Counted from the stretch's first letter, positions 19,402 through 30,196 are shown. The stretch: DNA of 64,000 bases from an archaeon (GCA_029258795.1 JAPDKB010000008.1:75920-139919), one strand, 5' to 3'. Made by a program: numbers and translations. The notes: a model not told the origin generated them from the sequence alone.

Positions 19402-20763
19402 ATGGACCTCCCTAAGGTTGAAAAGCCAACTCCTGTTCAAATTAGGAACTACTATTCCCAGCCAGAACTCATGGAGTTCATGTTTGAAGTTGCAAAGCAG
19501 AGGGAGTTCGTGCCCGTGTATGACGGAAAATATGGCAAGAGGCCTGACATGCTGAACATGCCCGGAGATCTTAAAACCATGATTCTAAGTGGCGCTACAT
19601 CCTTCCACATGTCTGTGGAGAGGTGGCACAACCCTCTTAACCTCAGCAACGAGATGAGGCCGGATGAGATTGAGAAGCTGCGTGCCGGCTGGGACCTGAT
19701 TCTTGATATTGACTGCAATGAGGGCTACATTTATGCGAGAGAAGCTGCGTTGATTCTTGTTAAGGCGTTGAAAGCGCACGGAATAAAGAATGTTTTCGTT
19801 AAGTTCTCGGGCAGCAGGGGTTTTCATGTTGCCGTGCCGTTCGAGTCCCTTCCAAAAGAGGTGGAGGGCAAGCCCATCCAGTCGTTTTATCCGGAACTGC
19901 TGCAAGGAATAGCAGCTTATCTCAAACACCTGATAAAGGAAAAGCTTGGCCAGGAGCTTTTGCGCAAGTATCCGGAGCTTTACGAAAAGATTGCTGTTGA
20001 TGATGAGAGGGTTGATCCTTACAAAATCATGGAGATAGAGGAAAACTGGTCGGTCAGGCATCTGTTCAGGGCTCCTTACTCCTTAAACGAGAAGACGTGG
20101 TTGGTTAGCACCCCCCTAAGAGTTGAGGAAATTCCATCGTTTAAAGCCGAGATGGCAGCAATTGAAAGAGTTAAGGTTGGAAGCGCGGGATTTCTGACGA
20201 GATGGGAGGAGGGTGAAGCGGAAAACCTTATATTTGAGGTGCTGGATTTCATGAGCAGGAGGGTGGATGAAAAAAGATTGAGTGTTTCCTCCGAGGTTGA
20301 GAGAGGTGCTGGCTTCAGAGAGGTGAGGAGTGACGCTTACCTTAAAAACAGAGTTGATGAAAGGTTTTTCCCTCCATGCATAAAGAAAGGGCTTGAAGGG
20401 CTTGAGGATGGTAGAAAGAGGTTTCTGTTCGTGCTGATTAACTTTCTAAAATTGATGAGGTGGAAGCCAGAGGAGATAAAGAGTTTGGTGTGGGAGTGGA
20501 ACAAAAGGAACAAGGAGCCGCTCCGCGATTCATATGTCAGGGGTCAGCTAAAATATGCTTTCAAGAAGCAGATGGCTTACATCCCTCCGAACTGCGATAA
20601 CAAGGATTATTATCCAGACATAAAAATTTGCGAGAAGGACTCATTGTGTGAGAAGATAAGAAATCCCTTATCCTATACTCTCACCAGATACACGCTCTAC
20701 CTCAAGAAGTCGGGAAAAAAGAGAGGGAGGAAAATCGGAACTAGAACAGGTAAAAGAAAATGA
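19402..20763 (+). CDS. priS: DNA primase catalytic subunit PriS fused to a PriL-CTD-like Cys-rich C-terminal domain
   Basis: Motif I LILDIDCNEG and motif II FSGSRGFHV of archaeo-eukaryotic primases. The C-terminal ~140 aa start at FFPPCIKKGL and carry four Cys (PPC, PPNC, ICEK, LCEK). Confidence 0.8.
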   Translation: MDLPKVEKPTPVQIRNYYSQPELMEFMFEVAKQREFVPVYDGKYGKRPDMLNMPGDLKTMILSGATSFHMSVERWHNPLNLSNEMRPDEIEKLRAGWDLILDIDCNEGYIYAREAALILVKALKAHGIKNVFVKFSGSRGFHVAVPFESLPKEVEGKPIQSFYPELLQGIAAYLKHLIKEKLGQELLRKYPELYEKIAVDDERVDPYKIMEIEENWSVRHLFRAPYSLNEKTWLVSTPLRVEEIPSFKAEMAAIERVKVGSAGFLTRWEEGEAENLIFEVLDFMSRRVDEKRLSVSSEVERGAGFREVRSDAYLKNRVDERFFPPCIKKGLEGLEDGRKRFLFVLINFLKLMRWKPEEIKSLVWEWNKRNKEPLRDSYVRGQLKYAFKKQMAYIPPNCDNKDYYPDIKICEKDSLCEKIRNPLSYTLTRYTLYLKKSGKKRGRKIGTRTGKRK

Positions 20764-21679
20764 ACCCGTATTTTGCCGTTACCAGCAATGATAAAAAGAA
20801 GGTTGGAGCGTAGCGCACACCTTCCTTTATCTTGATTTTACCCTTTCGCTCCGTCTTCAGCTTTCCGGATTTCCATGCTTTCTTTATGAAGTCCACATCC
20901 TGTTTTGTCAGACCCACGAAAAGCTTTGAGCTGAACCTTTTCGTTGGAGTTTTGACATCTTCAGCGAGCACATCCCCCTCCTTCAACTTTTGGATGCTTA
21001 TGTATCTCATAAAAACGTTTCTATCAGCATGTCTGGCGAAGTTAAGCAGGATGAAGAGCAGGAACATGATCGCGGTGTATTTAGCTCCCACTAAAACCAT
21101 CTCCATTGCGATGCTCTCGTTGAGTGGAGAGAGGTAAAGATACGCTGTGCAGCCCATCACCAGAGGTATGGAAGCCACCACACCTTTAATCCGCATCCCT
21201 TCAAAGCTGGCTTTCAGCAGCTCACTTTTCTTCTCAGCATATAAAAGCGCGTAAATCAGGGTAAAGAGGATAGCATATATTGCTCCTACCACAAAACAGT
21301 TTATGAGAAATGCGACGGGGTAGAAAAGTAAGTGATTGACAGCCATCAAATTCGGGTGGAAGAAGCTCAGCGGTTTTGGTACTGCAAATCCTATCGATGC
21401 TAAAATCAATACGTCAGCTTCACCCCACTGTCCTGTGGAGAAAAGCGCGTATCCCAGCACGAGGAAAATTGTGGCTGTGGCAAAAGCTATGAATATGTCA
21501 TCCCACTGGGAGAAAACCACACCCCTGCCAAGATAAATCAGAAGTGCTCCCACAAAACCCCCAAGCGGAACAAAATCTGGGATTTCGGTGGTTTTGATAT
21601 CATATATTGCTCCTGCAAGGGATGTTAGACATGCTATCAGGAAAAGCGTGTGGTCTGAGAGGATGAGCGAGACATCCAT
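20741..21679 (-). CDS. Archaeal A24-family prepilin/preflagellin peptidase (PibD/FlaK-like)
   Basis: Polytopic membrane protein with two candidate catalytic Asp: one in the first loop (AIYDIKT) and one in QWGEADVLIL (a GxGD-like motif). Confidence 0.65.
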   Translation of the reverse strand: MDVSLILSDHTLFLIACLTSLAGAIYDIKTTEIPDFVPLGGFVGALLIYLGRGVVFSQWDDIFIAFATATIFLVLGYALFSTGQWGEADVLILASIGFAVPKPLSFFHPNLMAVNHLLFYPVAFLINCFVVGAIYAILFTLIYALLYAEKKSELLKASFEGMRIKGVVASIPLVMGCTAYLYLSPLNESIAMEMVLVGAKYTAIMFLLFILLNFARHADRNVFMRYISIQKLKEGDVLAEDVKTPTKRFSSKLFVGLTKQDVDFIKKAWKSGKLKTERKGKIKIKEGVRYAPTFFLSLLVTAKYGFIFFYLF

Positions 21680-21699
21680 GCAAATACACCGGATTTAGT

Positions 21700-22281
21700 T
21701 CACTTCTTTTTGGTTTTTCTTGTGGACTTGGCCTTTTCCTTCTTTTTGGTGCTGCTTTTCTTTCTGGTTGAAAGCAGGATTTCCGCTGCCTCTGTTAAGC
21801 TTGAAACTTCATGTTTTGGCATTTCTTCCTCAAACTCCGCATCCCTGTCAGCATATTTTCCTCTTCTCACTCTTATCGTCTTTATTCCCGCAAGGTTGCC
21901 GAGCAAGATGTCTCTATCTGGTCTGTCACCCACCATCCAGAAGTTGCGCAAGTCAAACTTCCTCTCAAATTTATCGTAGAGTAGGGTGCGTATCACTCCA
22001 ATAATTCGGGGGTCCGGTTTTCTCATATCATAATCGGTTGCGCTCACCACAAGATCAAAGTAAGGGTAAAGGAGGTGCGAGCTTAATATTTCCTTTATCT
22101 TGGCTTCTGTGTGGTTGCTTAATAGGACAACCACATATTCTTTTCTGACCTTTTCGAGGAATTTTAGCGCATCTTCCACAAGCTCATTACCGCTAACCAG
22201 CGTTTCCTCTAAGTCAACTATCAGTACCTTCCTTCTGCTGTCTTTTTCCTTCTTATCACTCTCTTTTTTAATAGCCGCCAT
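21700..22281 (-). CDS. HAD-superfamily hydrolase
   Basis: Motif I VLIVDLEETLV and motif IV WMVGDRPDRD. Lys-rich C-terminal tail. Confidence 0.75.
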   Translation of the reverse strand: MAAIKKESDKKEKDSRRKVLIVDLEETLVSGNELVEDALKFLEKVRKEYVVVLLSNHTEAKIKEILSSHLLYPYFDLVVSATDYDMRKPDPRIIGVIRTLLYDKFERKFDLRNFWMVGDRPDRDILLGNLAGIKTIRVRRGKYADRDAEFEEEMPKHEVSSLTEAAEILLSTRKKSSTKKKEKAKSTRKTKKK

Positions 22282-22300
22282 TTTCCATCCCGTTCTGCTT

Positions 22301-22801
22301 TCACTCCCTTAATCTCCTGAAAGTATCTTCCATGACTGCTGGAGGAATGTCGAGGGTTGGCAGCGCTGCCAGAAGATTCATGTCCACCTTCTTGCTGGAA
22401 TAGGTTGGGATGATGTGCGTTACAAAATGCCCTGTCATCTGGCCGCTGGAAAATCCGTTCTGTGAAACAACTGTGTATCCGGTTATGTAGAGCTTCCTCC
22501 TCATCTTCCTTACCACGCTCTTGATGGTGTGCGCGTACTCCGCCATCTCCTTCATATCCATCTCTTCAAAGTGTGCTATGTGTCTCTTGGGGAACACCAG
22601 CACATGCCCTATGGCTTTAGGGTTTATCTCCAGCACCGCCATGAAGCTGCTGTTCTCTTCCACCACCATTGCGGGCAGCTGCTTTGCAAGTATCTTGCAA
22701 AACACACACTCCTGAAATTCCTGAGGTACATGCTTCTCCTGCTCCTCTCCTTTCTCTGCCCTTACCTCTCCTTCAATTTGAGTTGCTTCATTCTCCATCA
22801 T
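22301..22801 (-). CDS. HIT-family (histidine triad) protein
   Basis: N-terminal CVFCKI and a C-terminal His cluster HFVTHIIP. Confidence 0.7.
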   Translation of the reverse strand: MMENEATQIEGEVRAEKGEEQEKHVPQEFQECVFCKILAKQLPAMVVEENSSFMAVLEINPKAIGHVLVFPKRHIAHFEEMDMKEMAEYAHTIKSVVRKMRRKLYITGYTVVSQNGFSSGQMTGHFVTHIIPTYSSKKVDMNLLAALPTLDIPPAVMEDTFRRLRE

Positions 22802-22815
22802 GAAATCACACCTTT

Positions 22816-23412
22816 TTATTCAGCGGGCTTAACCACAAACCTACACACCTTATCTCCCTTAGCCACACATTCCGTCTCAATGCAATCGAGCTTTCTTCCT
22901 CCTATTGCCTCGGCAGCCCCTGCTATAAATCCGCGCAGCAACGAGCAAACGGGTTTGTCCGTTTTTATGTTGTTTCTAACGTACCAAGTTGCCACAAATG
23001 AGTTTTCAACCACAATCACTGACTCGCCCTCCCAGTCCAGCTTTTCAAGCGTGCCTTTTCCATAACCGTATGCTGACAGGAGGTCCACAACCTTATTAGC
23101 TACTGCATCCCTGCCCTTCTTGGTTTTGGCAAGTAGCTTAAGTGGCGGGAAGTGATTCATGTAATACAATACCACTGCCTTCACATGCTCTTTTGCGACA
23201 TCATAGATTATCGCGTCAGCTGCATTACCTATAACCTCTCTCATTCTCTCGCGCATGTCCGAGTAGAAGCCGTTGAAAACTATTGCGTGTCTCCTGCCAC
23301 CAATGGTTAACTCTCCCTTTTCCGGATCAAATTTCGCTGCTTTTATCCATTCCATCACTCCCTTTTCTTTCTCCTTATCTTCCTTCTTTTTACCAAGTAT
23401 TTTTGCGGACAT
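22816..23412 (-). CDS. V4R-domain protein
   Basis: C-terminal GFIAGAAEA...C..C..GD..C V4R signature. Confidence 0.65.
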   Translation of the reverse strand: MSAKILGKKKEDKEKEKGVMEWIKAAKFDPEKGELTIGGRRHAIVFNGFYSDMRERMREVIGNAADAIIYDVAKEHVKAVVLYYMNHFPPLKLLAKTKKGRDAVANKVVDLLSAYGYGKGTLEKLDWEGESVIVVENSFVATWYVRNNIKTDKPVCSLLRGFIAGAAEAIGGRKLDCIETECVAKGDKVCRFVVKPAE

Positions 23413-23532
23413 ATAATACTCACCTGGTTTTCTTTTTTTGAATTTTAATTATCCAGACAAACTTTCTGTATGGATCAACTACCTTATATAATTTTTTGTT
23501 TTGTTCGTCAATAGTTATGATTGATGGATTTT

Positions 23533-23621
23533 GTATACTGACATGAACATAAAATATTTAAAGTTTGTATCCACACTTTTGTATACCGACATGAACATAA
23601 ACATCGTTTTGGTTCTGAACC
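23533..23621. promoter_or_regulatory. Thermosome upstream region with a 22-bp direct repeat and an 11-bp palindrome
   Basis: GTATACTGACATGAACATAAAA (23533-23554) and GTATACCGACATGAACATAAAC (23581-23602) differ at two positions. The palindrome GGTTCTGAACC lies at 23611-23621. A GGAGGTGA Shine-Dalgarno precedes the ATG at 23650. Confidence 0.35.
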
Positions 23622-23649
23622 AAAAATTATGGTATGGAGGTGATGTGAG

Positions 23650-25287
23650 ATGTATGGAGGTGGAGGAGCGGCTCAACCAATTTTGATACTACCCGAAAAT
23701 GTGATAAGGCAGACAGGTAGAACCGCTCAAAAAAACAACATCGCTGCAGCAATAGCAATAGCGGAAACTGTAAAAACGACTTTGGGTCCAAGAGGAATGG
23801 ACAAGATGCTGGTGGACAGCATAGGAGATATAGTGATAACAAACGACGGTGTGACTATTCTGGAGGAAATGGAGATAGAACACCCAGCAGCAAAGATGCT
23901 GGTGGAGGTGGCTAAAGCGCAGAATGAAGAGGTGGGAGATGGAACAACCACTGCAGTGGTTATAGCTGGAGAGTTGTTGAAGGAAGCTGAAGACCTTCTT
24001 GACAAGAACATCCACCCGACAATAATCGCTCATGGATACAGGATGGCGAAGGATAAAGCCATAGAGGTGCTGGAGAAAATATCCAAACCTGTCACCCTGA
24101 AAGACAAGGATGTTCTCAAGAAAATTGCAATGACATCCATGACTGGAAAGAATGCGGAAGTGGCAAGGGATAATCTTGCAGAGCTTGTTGTTGAAGCCGT
24201 GCTGACCGTTGCGGAAGAGGATAAGGGCAGGGTTGTTGTGGACCTTGACAGGATAAAGGTGGAGAAGAAGGAGGGAGCCTCAACCTCAGAGTCCGAACTC
24301 ATTAAGGGTATTGTGCTGGACAAGGAGAAGGTCCATCCAGCGATGCCAACAAGAGTGGAGAATGCAAAGATTGCTCTTGTGGATATGGCACTTGAAGTAA
24401 AGGGTCCTGAGACCGATGCACAGATCAGGATAACGGATCCGAGCCAGCTCCAGGCGTTCATAGAACAGGAGGAAAAGATGCTCAGAGAGATGGTTGAGAA
24501 AATAGCGGCAACAGGAGCAAACGTCGTGTTCTGCCAGAAGGGTATAGATGACCTGGCACAGCACTTCCTTGCTAAGAAAGGCATTCTTGCTGTCAGGAGA
24601 GTGAAGAAATCCGATATGGAAGCGCTGGCAAGGGCAACCGGAGGTAAGATAGTGACCACACTCGATGATCTTAGCAAAGAGGATTTGGGACATGCAGGAG
24701 TGGTGGAAGAGAAGAAGGTTGCAGGAGAGGCAATGATATTTGTGCGTGATTGCAAGGATCCGAAGTCAGTGACTCTGCTTGTGAGAGGAGGCACAGAACA
24801 CGTGGTGGAAGAGGTTTACAGGGCTGTTGAGGATGCTCTCGGAGCTGTGGCCTCAGCACTTGAAAGCGGAAAGGTCGTTGCGGGAGGTGGAGCTGCGGAG
24901 GCAGAAGTGGCAAGGGAGCTCAGGAGGTATGCTGAAAAAGTTGGTGGTAGAGAGCAGCTGGCTATAAACGCTTTTGCCAACGCTGTTGAAGCAATATCGA
25001 AGGCGCTTGCAGAAAATGCCGGAATGGATCCAATAGACACGCTCGTGGAGCTCAGGGCAAGGCACGACAAGGGTGAGGTTTCAGCGGGAGTTGATGTAAT
25101 AGAGGGTAAGGTCGATGACATGGAGAAGCTCGGCGTTATTGAGCCACTGAAGGTCAAGACGCAAGCAATAAAGAGCGCTGCAGAAGCTGCAGAGATGATA
25201 CTGCGCATAGATGACGTGATAGCAGCTAAGAAGACCGGTGGAGGCAAGGAGAGTGGTGGAGAGAACTTCGGCGCTGATTTCGAGTGA
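23650..25287 (+). CDS. ths: Thermosome subunit (group II chaperonin)
   Basis: [16 protein letters not shown] and VGDGTTT motifs. 545 aa. Confidence 0.95.
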   Translation: MYGGGGAAQPILILPENVIRQTGRTAQKNNIAAAIAIAETVKTTLGPRGMDKMLVDSIGDIVITNDGVTILEEMEIEHPAAKMLVEVAKAQNEEVGDGTTTAVVIAGELLKEAEDLLDKNIHPTIIAHGYRMAKDKAIEVLEKISKPVTLKDKDVLKKIAMTSMTGKNAEVARDNLAELVVEAVLTVAEEDKGRVVVDLDRIKVEKKEGASTSESELIKGIVLDKEKVHPAMPTRVENAKIALVDMALEVKGPETDAQIRITDPSQLQAFIEQEEKMLREMVEKIAATGANVVFCQKGIDDLAQHFLAKKGILAVRRVKKSDMEALARATGGKIVTTLDDLSKEDLGHAGVVEEKKVAGEAMIFVRDCKDPKSVTLLVRGGTEHVVEEVYRAVEDALGAVASALESGKVVAGGGAAEAEVARELRRYAEKVGGREQLAINAFANAVEAISKALAENAGMDPIDTLVELRARHDKGEVSAGVDVIEGKVDDMEKLGVIEPLKVKTQAIKSAAEAAEMILRIDDVIAAKKTGGGKESGGENFGADFE

Positions 25288-25379
25288 ATGTGAGGAAAGG
25301 GCTTCGGCCCTTTCTTTTTAGAATTTTTCTGAACAGTATTGAAAACCTTTAAATATTTTTATCACTATATAGTAGTTAC

Positions 25380-26204
25380 ATGAAGATTGAAGAAATTGTT
25401 AGAGAAATTAAAGACAAATATTATGCTTGCAGAAGATTAAAATCATCTTCCATCGATTCTCTTTGGAGTGAGGCAGTATATTTTTTGCTCGTGATGGACT
25501 GGGAAGACATGATAAGGGTCGTTGAGTGGCCGGAGAAGCTTGTGGGCGATCTCGCGGCAAGATATGAAAAAAGCAAAGAAGAATTTTATGACCACATTCG
25601 TGAGAAATACAGAGAGAAATACGGAGTCCTTCTATCTGAAGAACCACAAAAGAGCACAACATGGCATTTCTTAGGTGACGAAAAAACTCATCGAAAGGCA
25701 ATTAGAGGTAGGGATGGTGGGATTTACCTTCCAAAAATTTACATTAAGGTTGGTAGCAATCATCTTGCGGAAGAAGGTGGAATGGAAAGATACTTCAATA
25801 TGCTTGGGAAAGTGACAGAATTACTTTTGAACAAAGATTGGTTTTGCAAGTTAAAGATGCCGAAAGATTTCGGGAAGTATGTTGTAAGGAAGGACGGCTG
25901 TATTTTTTATCTAAAAGATCATGATGCTGTGGGATTGAGCGAATCTTTGAACGACATCTATAGAGTCGTACGTAATACTTTCGGAAAAGATGCACGGCTC
26001 GTGCTAGGCTACGACAGAATAAAAGATGGAGGAGAAGACAGCTATTCAGAGGTTCTCGCCAACACTATCGTGGAACTGAGTAGAAGCAACAACTACAGAA
26101 ATATGGGTGAGGCGCTTAGAGATGCGATCTTGCAAATTGAGAAAAACATTGGTGGTGTTTACGGGCATCTAGCTAGAGATTTCGGCCCGTTCACCAACAT
26201 TTAA
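25380..26204 (+). CDS. Hypothetical protein (274 aa) in a low-GC segment
   Basis: ORF only. The local AT content is higher than in its neighbours. Confidence 0.5.
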   Translation: MKIEEIVREIKDKYYACRRLKSSSIDSLWSEAVYFLLVMDWEDMIRVVEWPEKLVGDLAARYEKSKEEFYDHIREKYREKYGVLLSEEPQKSTTWHFLGDEKTHRKAIRGRDGGIYLPKIYIKVGSNHLAEEGGMERYFNMLGKVTELLLNKDWFCKLKMPKDFGKYVVRKDGCIFYLKDHDAVGLSESLNDIYRVVRNTFGKDARLVLGYDRIKDGGEDSYSEVLANTIVELSRSNNYRNMGEALRDAILQIEKNIGGVYGHLARDFGPFTNI

Positions 26205-26237
26205 AAGTTTTAGAAACCCATTTTACTGAGGGTTCTC

Positions 26238-27161
26238 TTGCATGCAAAAAGTGTGGTGAGCGCAAAGGACTTCACAAAGAGCTGGCTGGTTGATTTCTTT
26301 TCCTTGGTTTCGCGTGTGAAGAACAACATGGATGCGTTCAGAAACAAGCTTGATGGGAAGCTCGCTGCCCTTCTGTTCTTCGAGCCATCAACCAGAACTC
26401 ACGAAAGTTTTAGAGTGGCTGCATTGAATTTGGGTATGGACATATGCGGGTTTGCCGATCCCAAAGCGAGTTCTGTGGCAAAGGGCGAGTCCTTGATGGA
26501 CACTGTGAAAATGTTCGTTGGATATGGAGTTGATGTAATAATAATGAGACACGGGAAGGCAGGAGCAGTAAGATATATAGCTGAGAGAGTCAACATTCCT
26601 GTGATAAACGCTGGAGATGACAGTAATGAGCATCCCACACAGGCGTTGCTCGATACCTACACCATTCATGAAGCTTTCGGCAAAATCGACGGGCTTAAGG
26701 TCGGGATGATAGGTGACCTCCGCTACGGAAGGACGGTGCCTTCATTGGCTTACGCTCTGTCCAATTTCGATGTGGAGATGCATTTCATAGCTCCTCCAGC
26801 CCTGATGCTCAGGGAGCACGTGCGCATGTTTCTGGAGGAGAGAGGCGCAGATTTTCACGAGCATGATGTTTCATCTCTTTCCTCCATTCTGCCAGAGCTT
26901 GATGTGCTTTATGTAACGAGAATTCAGAAGGAGAGGATACCTGATGAGATGGAATACGAGAAGGTAAGGAGGAGTTACACTGTAACGCGGGAACTGCTGA
27001 AAAATGCCAAGGAGAGCTTGATTGTTATGCACCCATTGCCCAGAGTTGATGAGATAAGGTCAGAGGTTGATGGGACAAAGCACGCTCTTTACTTCAGGCA
27101 GGCATCCAACGGCATGTATGTCAGGATGGCTCTCCTGTATTCCATCCTAAAGGAGGGATAG
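26238..27161 (+). CDS. pyrB: Aspartate carbamoyltransferase catalytic subunit
   Basis: STRTHESF, HPTQALLD and HPLP motifs. Confidence 0.95.
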   Translation: MHAKSVVSAKDFTKSWLVDFFSLVSRVKNNMDAFRNKLDGKLAALLFFEPSTRTHESFRVAALNLGMDICGFADPKASSVAKGESLMDTVKMFVGYGVDVIIMRHGKAGAVRYIAERVNIPVINAGDDSNEHPTQALLDTYTIHEAFGKIDGLKVGMIGDLRYGRTVPSLAYALSNFDVEMHFIAPPALMLREHVRMFLEERGADFHEHDVSSLSSILPELDVLYVTRIQKERIPDEMEYEKVRRSYTVTRELLKNAKESLIVMHPLPRVDEIRSEVDGTKHALYFRQASNGMYVRMALLYSILKEG

Positions 27162-27162
27162 G

Positions 27163-27645
27163 ATGAAGGATGGTGAGTTACTTGTAAGGAAGATAAATGA
27201 GGGTGTGGTGATAGACCACATAAGAGTGGGGAGAGGTAAGATTATTTTGAGCATGCTCGGCGTGGATGAGAAGTACAGGTTCGTGCTGGTTTCGAATGTT
27301 GAAAGCAGGAAGCTCGGCAGAAAAGATCTCATAAAGGTGGAGGGCTGGTTTCCGAAAAAGGAGGAGATGGAGATAATAGCCCTGGTTTCGGGAGAGGTCA
27401 CCATAAACATAGTGAAGAATAATGAAGTTGTGGAAAAGTTCAAGGTGAGTCCTCCTTCAAGGGTGGAGGGCTTTGTCAAATGCAGGAACCCTAGATGCAT
27501 AACCAACGATGAGAGGGAAAAGGAGTTTGTGAAACCTTTACTGGAGAAGGTAAGTGGCTCGCCCCTCATTTATTCATGTCATTATTGCGACGTCAGGATG
27601 GATGAGAGTGAGATTCTGCGCAACCTCACAGTTTCAGGGAGGTGA
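27163..27645 (+). CDS. pyrI: Aspartate carbamoyltransferase regulatory subunit
   Basis: C-terminal zinc site CRNPRC...CHYC. Lies immediately downstream of pyrB. Confidence 0.9.
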   Translation: MKDGELLVRKINEGVVIDHIRVGRGKIILSMLGVDEKYRFVLVSNVESRKLGRKDLIKVEGWFPKKEEMEIIALVSGEVTINIVKNNEVVEKFKVSPPSRVEGFVKCRNPRCITNDEREKEFVKPLLEKVSGSPLIYSCHYCDVRMDESEILRNLTVSGR

Positions 27646-28483
27646 GCAGTTTTCTTGCTTCACCCCACCTCCTCGCTTTTCCGAAAGCGGAAAGGTAAGC
27701 GGTCACATATTTCCATGGTGTGCAATCGAAGGCAGGATTCAAAATTTCCACATTCTTTCCTAACTCCTTCGGGTTTATTATTTCGGCAGGAGACCTCATC
27801 TCTATCTCCAGCTTCTCAATCCTTTTGTCAACCTTCAGAACATCTCCCACAAAGTAACATGGCTTCCTTATCTCTTTTGCAAAGACCGCCATCATGCACG
27901 TGCCCACCTTGTTATATATCCCCTCCCTCCTTACGGCATCACACCCGAACATGAACTTGGTGATCTCATCCTTAAAATGACTCAAAGCTGTGTCCACCAC
28001 GTAAATCACTTTGATGCCTGCTTCGCTCAACTCTCTCGCTGTTATGATGCCCTGCATTTTGGGTCGGGTTTCCGTCACGATGACGGTAAATTCCTTGCCC
28101 TGCTTTCTCGCCTCCTTGAGAAGGGCTACGAGTTCGCTTGAATGGCAGTGTGTAGCAATAACCTCTCCATTTTTTATTATGTGGTGCCACTCCTTCCCAA
28201 TGTTTTGTGCTACGTTTTTCAGGTAGGAAATCAGCTTTTCAACATCCTCCAGCTTTTCTGCTTTTTTTGCCAGCTTCATCGCGTTGTAAAGCACGGATTG
28301 TGTGGGTCTCAATGCTGCAAGTTCATCCGCAAGTTTGGAAAAACCTTCATCAAAGCTATGGATGGAAGCGTAGTCCCTGAGAAGCTGGAGGCATGCAATT
28401 GTTATGTTTCTCGCGCCCTGAATCTTCAGCTCTTTGATGTCGTGCACCACCACTCTTACCTTTTTTCTGAGCTTCTCGTCCAT
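27626..28483 (-). CDS. eIF-2B alpha/beta/delta-family protein (probable ribose-1,5-bisphosphate isomerase)
   Basis: Family-typical length and motifs. Convergent 20-nt overlap with pyrI. Confidence 0.75.
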   Translation of the reverse strand: MDEKLRKKVRVVVHDIKELKIQGARNITIACLQLLRDYASIHSFDEGFSKLADELAALRPTQSVLYNAMKLAKKAEKLEDVEKLISYLKNVAQNIGKEWHHIIKNGEVIATHCHSSELVALLKEARKQGKEFTVIVTETRPKMQGIITARELSEAGIKVIYVVDTALSHFKDEITKFMFGCDAVRREGIYNKVGTCMMAVFAKEIRKPCYFVGDVLKVDKRIEKLEIEMRSPAEIINPKELGKNVEILNPAFDCTPWKYVTAYLSAFGKARRWGEARKLLTSLKL

Positions 28484-28528
28484 GTTTTTTCATTGTGGTG
28501 AAATCAAAATATAAAGAATTGCGGTAAA

Positions 28529-29179
28529 ATGATGATTATGGTTATATTCAAGGACAGGGCGGAAGCGGGGAGGATGCTTGCTGAGAAGCTTTCGGAGTAT
28601 AAGGGTAGGGAGGACGCTGTTGTCTGCGGGATAACGAGAGGGGGTGTCGTTGTGGCTGCTGAAGTAGCAAGAATTCTTTCTCTTCCGCTTTTGCCCGTGG
28701 TAATGAAAAAGATAGGAGCACCCTTTAACAAAGAATTTGCGATAGGTAGTGTGGATGCTGATGGAAACGTTTATCTGAGCGATGAAGCTATGATGATCAC
28801 CTCTTCCAACTACATTGAGGAGGAAGCGGAGAGGTTGAGGGATGAGATCAAGGAAAAGCTGGAGTATTATGGTGTGAAGGGGGAGGTTGTGGAAAGGATG
28901 GCGAAGGGGAAGGTCTGTATAGTGGTGGATGACGGTGTTGCCACCGGCCTCACAACGGTTGGTGCATCCAATTATCTCAAAAGAAAAGGCGCCAAAAAAG
29001 TTGTTCTTGCGGTGCCGGTTGCTCCTGCGGAAAGTGCGGACAAGCTGAAAGAGCATTTTGATGAGGTTGTTGTGGTGCATGCGCCCCAACAATTCTATGC
29101 AGTCAGCCAGTTTTACAGGAACTTCGAGCAGGTGAGTGATGAAGAAGTTAGAAGGATTCTTGAGGAACTGAAGTCATGA
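28529..29179 (+). CDS. Phosphoribosyltransferase-family protein
   Basis: PRPP-binding loop [13 protein letters not shown]. Confidence 0.75.
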   Translation: MMIMVIFKDRAEAGRMLAEKLSEYKGREDAVVCGITRGGVVVAAEVARILSLPLLPVVMKKIGAPFNKEFAIGSVDADGNVYLSDEAMMITSSNYIEEEAERLRDEIKEKLEYYGVKGEVVERMAKGKVCIVVDDGVATGLTTVGASNYLKRKGAKKVVLAVPVAPAESADKLKEHFDEVVVVHAPQQFYAVSQFYRNFEQVSDEEVRRILEELKS

Positions 29180-30196
29180 GAACGAAAATAGGGTTTTCTG
29201 TGCTTTTGCCTTCTCAGCTTCCTCAAGCTTGGCGAGAGCATTCTCTACCCTTTCCTGCGAGAACTCGTGCTCATCAACCAGAATCTTGATTATCTTTTCT
29301 TTATCAAGCTGTGGAAACTCTATCTCAACATCCTCTACCGGAGGGTTCATGAAAAATTCAAAGATTGCGTGGGGGTCAACATCATGCTCCCATTTAACAT
29401 GGATGAGGATGCGATCCAGCGTTCTGTAGGTTTTCACAAGCTGCAATGCTTTTTTCGGTCCTATGCCTTTCACGCCTTCAGGATTGTAGTCCGTTCCGAT
29501 AAGAATTCCCATTATTATGAGCTCTTCCCTGCTTATTTTCAACGTGTTGAGCACCTCCTCCAGCTCTATGAGCTCGGGATGCACCTCCTTGTAGTAAGGC
29601 TTGCCCGGAACCTTCCTCTTACCCGTTATGTTCAGATTTCTGACAAGCCTCGGAGAGCCAAAAAGCAAGGAATCCATGTCTTGGCTCACGGAAGCGTATG
29701 CCTGACCCTTCCTCACGAGGTGTGCGGCTTGCGCTTCCCCCTCAGACGGGGCCTGCACAACCGCTATGCCCATGGCCTGCAGAAGCTCCTTCGATTCCTT
29801 CACCATCTCTTCATCCAAACTTACGGCTGCCTGCGCGTATTTCCTAGCTTCCTCCAGATCTCCTGCTTCCAGAGCTTCCTTCCATTTCTGTGCGGCTTCC
29901 TGCCTTATTCTCTCCCTCTCCTCTATCGTTTTTTCCTTGAAGGTTGGTTTCTCTCCGTCGAACACATAAACCAGCTTCAAACCCTTCTCAAGCAAATTAA
30001 CATTTCTGTAGAACAGGCCGGAAAGATGGGATGTTATGCGCCCTTTAGAATCTTTTAGTGGTGTGCCGTCAGCCTGCCTTATTATGCTGAGAAATTGATA
30101 GATTGCGTTGAAGGCATCAACAGCCAGAACCTTGTGGGCAAGATCCTCGATCTTTATCTCTCTCTTCGGCACGATCTCGCTTATTTTGACGCCCAT
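29174..30196 (-). CDS. fen: Flap endonuclease 1
   Basis: N-terminus [14 protein letters not shown]...[13 protein letters not shown] and an XPG I/N domain layout. Confidence 0.95.
   Translation of the reverse strand: MGVKISEIVPKREIKIEDLAHKVLAVDAFNAIYQFLSIIRQADGTPLKDSKGRITSHLSGLFYRNVNLLEKGLKLVYVFDGEKPTFKEKTIEERERIRQEAAQKWKEALEAGDLEEARKYAQAAVSLDEEMVKESKELLQAMGIAVVQAPSEGEAQAAHLVRKGQAYASVSQDMDSLLFGSPRLVRNLNITGKRKVPGKPYYKEVHPELIELEEVLNTLKISREELIIMGILIGTDYNPEGVKGIGPKKALQLVKTYRTLDRILIHVKWEHDVDPHAIFEFFMNPPVEDVEIEFPQLDKEKIIKILVDEHEFSQERVENALAKLEEAEKAKAQKTLFSFS

Noticed and set aside
23689-25247. Multiple long antisense or alternative-frame ORFs inside the thermosome gene (for example 24030-24794 and 24816-25247)
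   Set aside because: Ser/Ala/Thr-rich low-complexity translations typical of the opposite strand of a GC-skewed gene. The thermosome frame is unambiguous.
27626-27645. 20-nt convergent overlap of pyrI and the eIF-2B-like gene as a possible regulatory element
   Set aside because: A simple convergent 3'-end overlap is common in compact archaeal genomes and no structure was evident.
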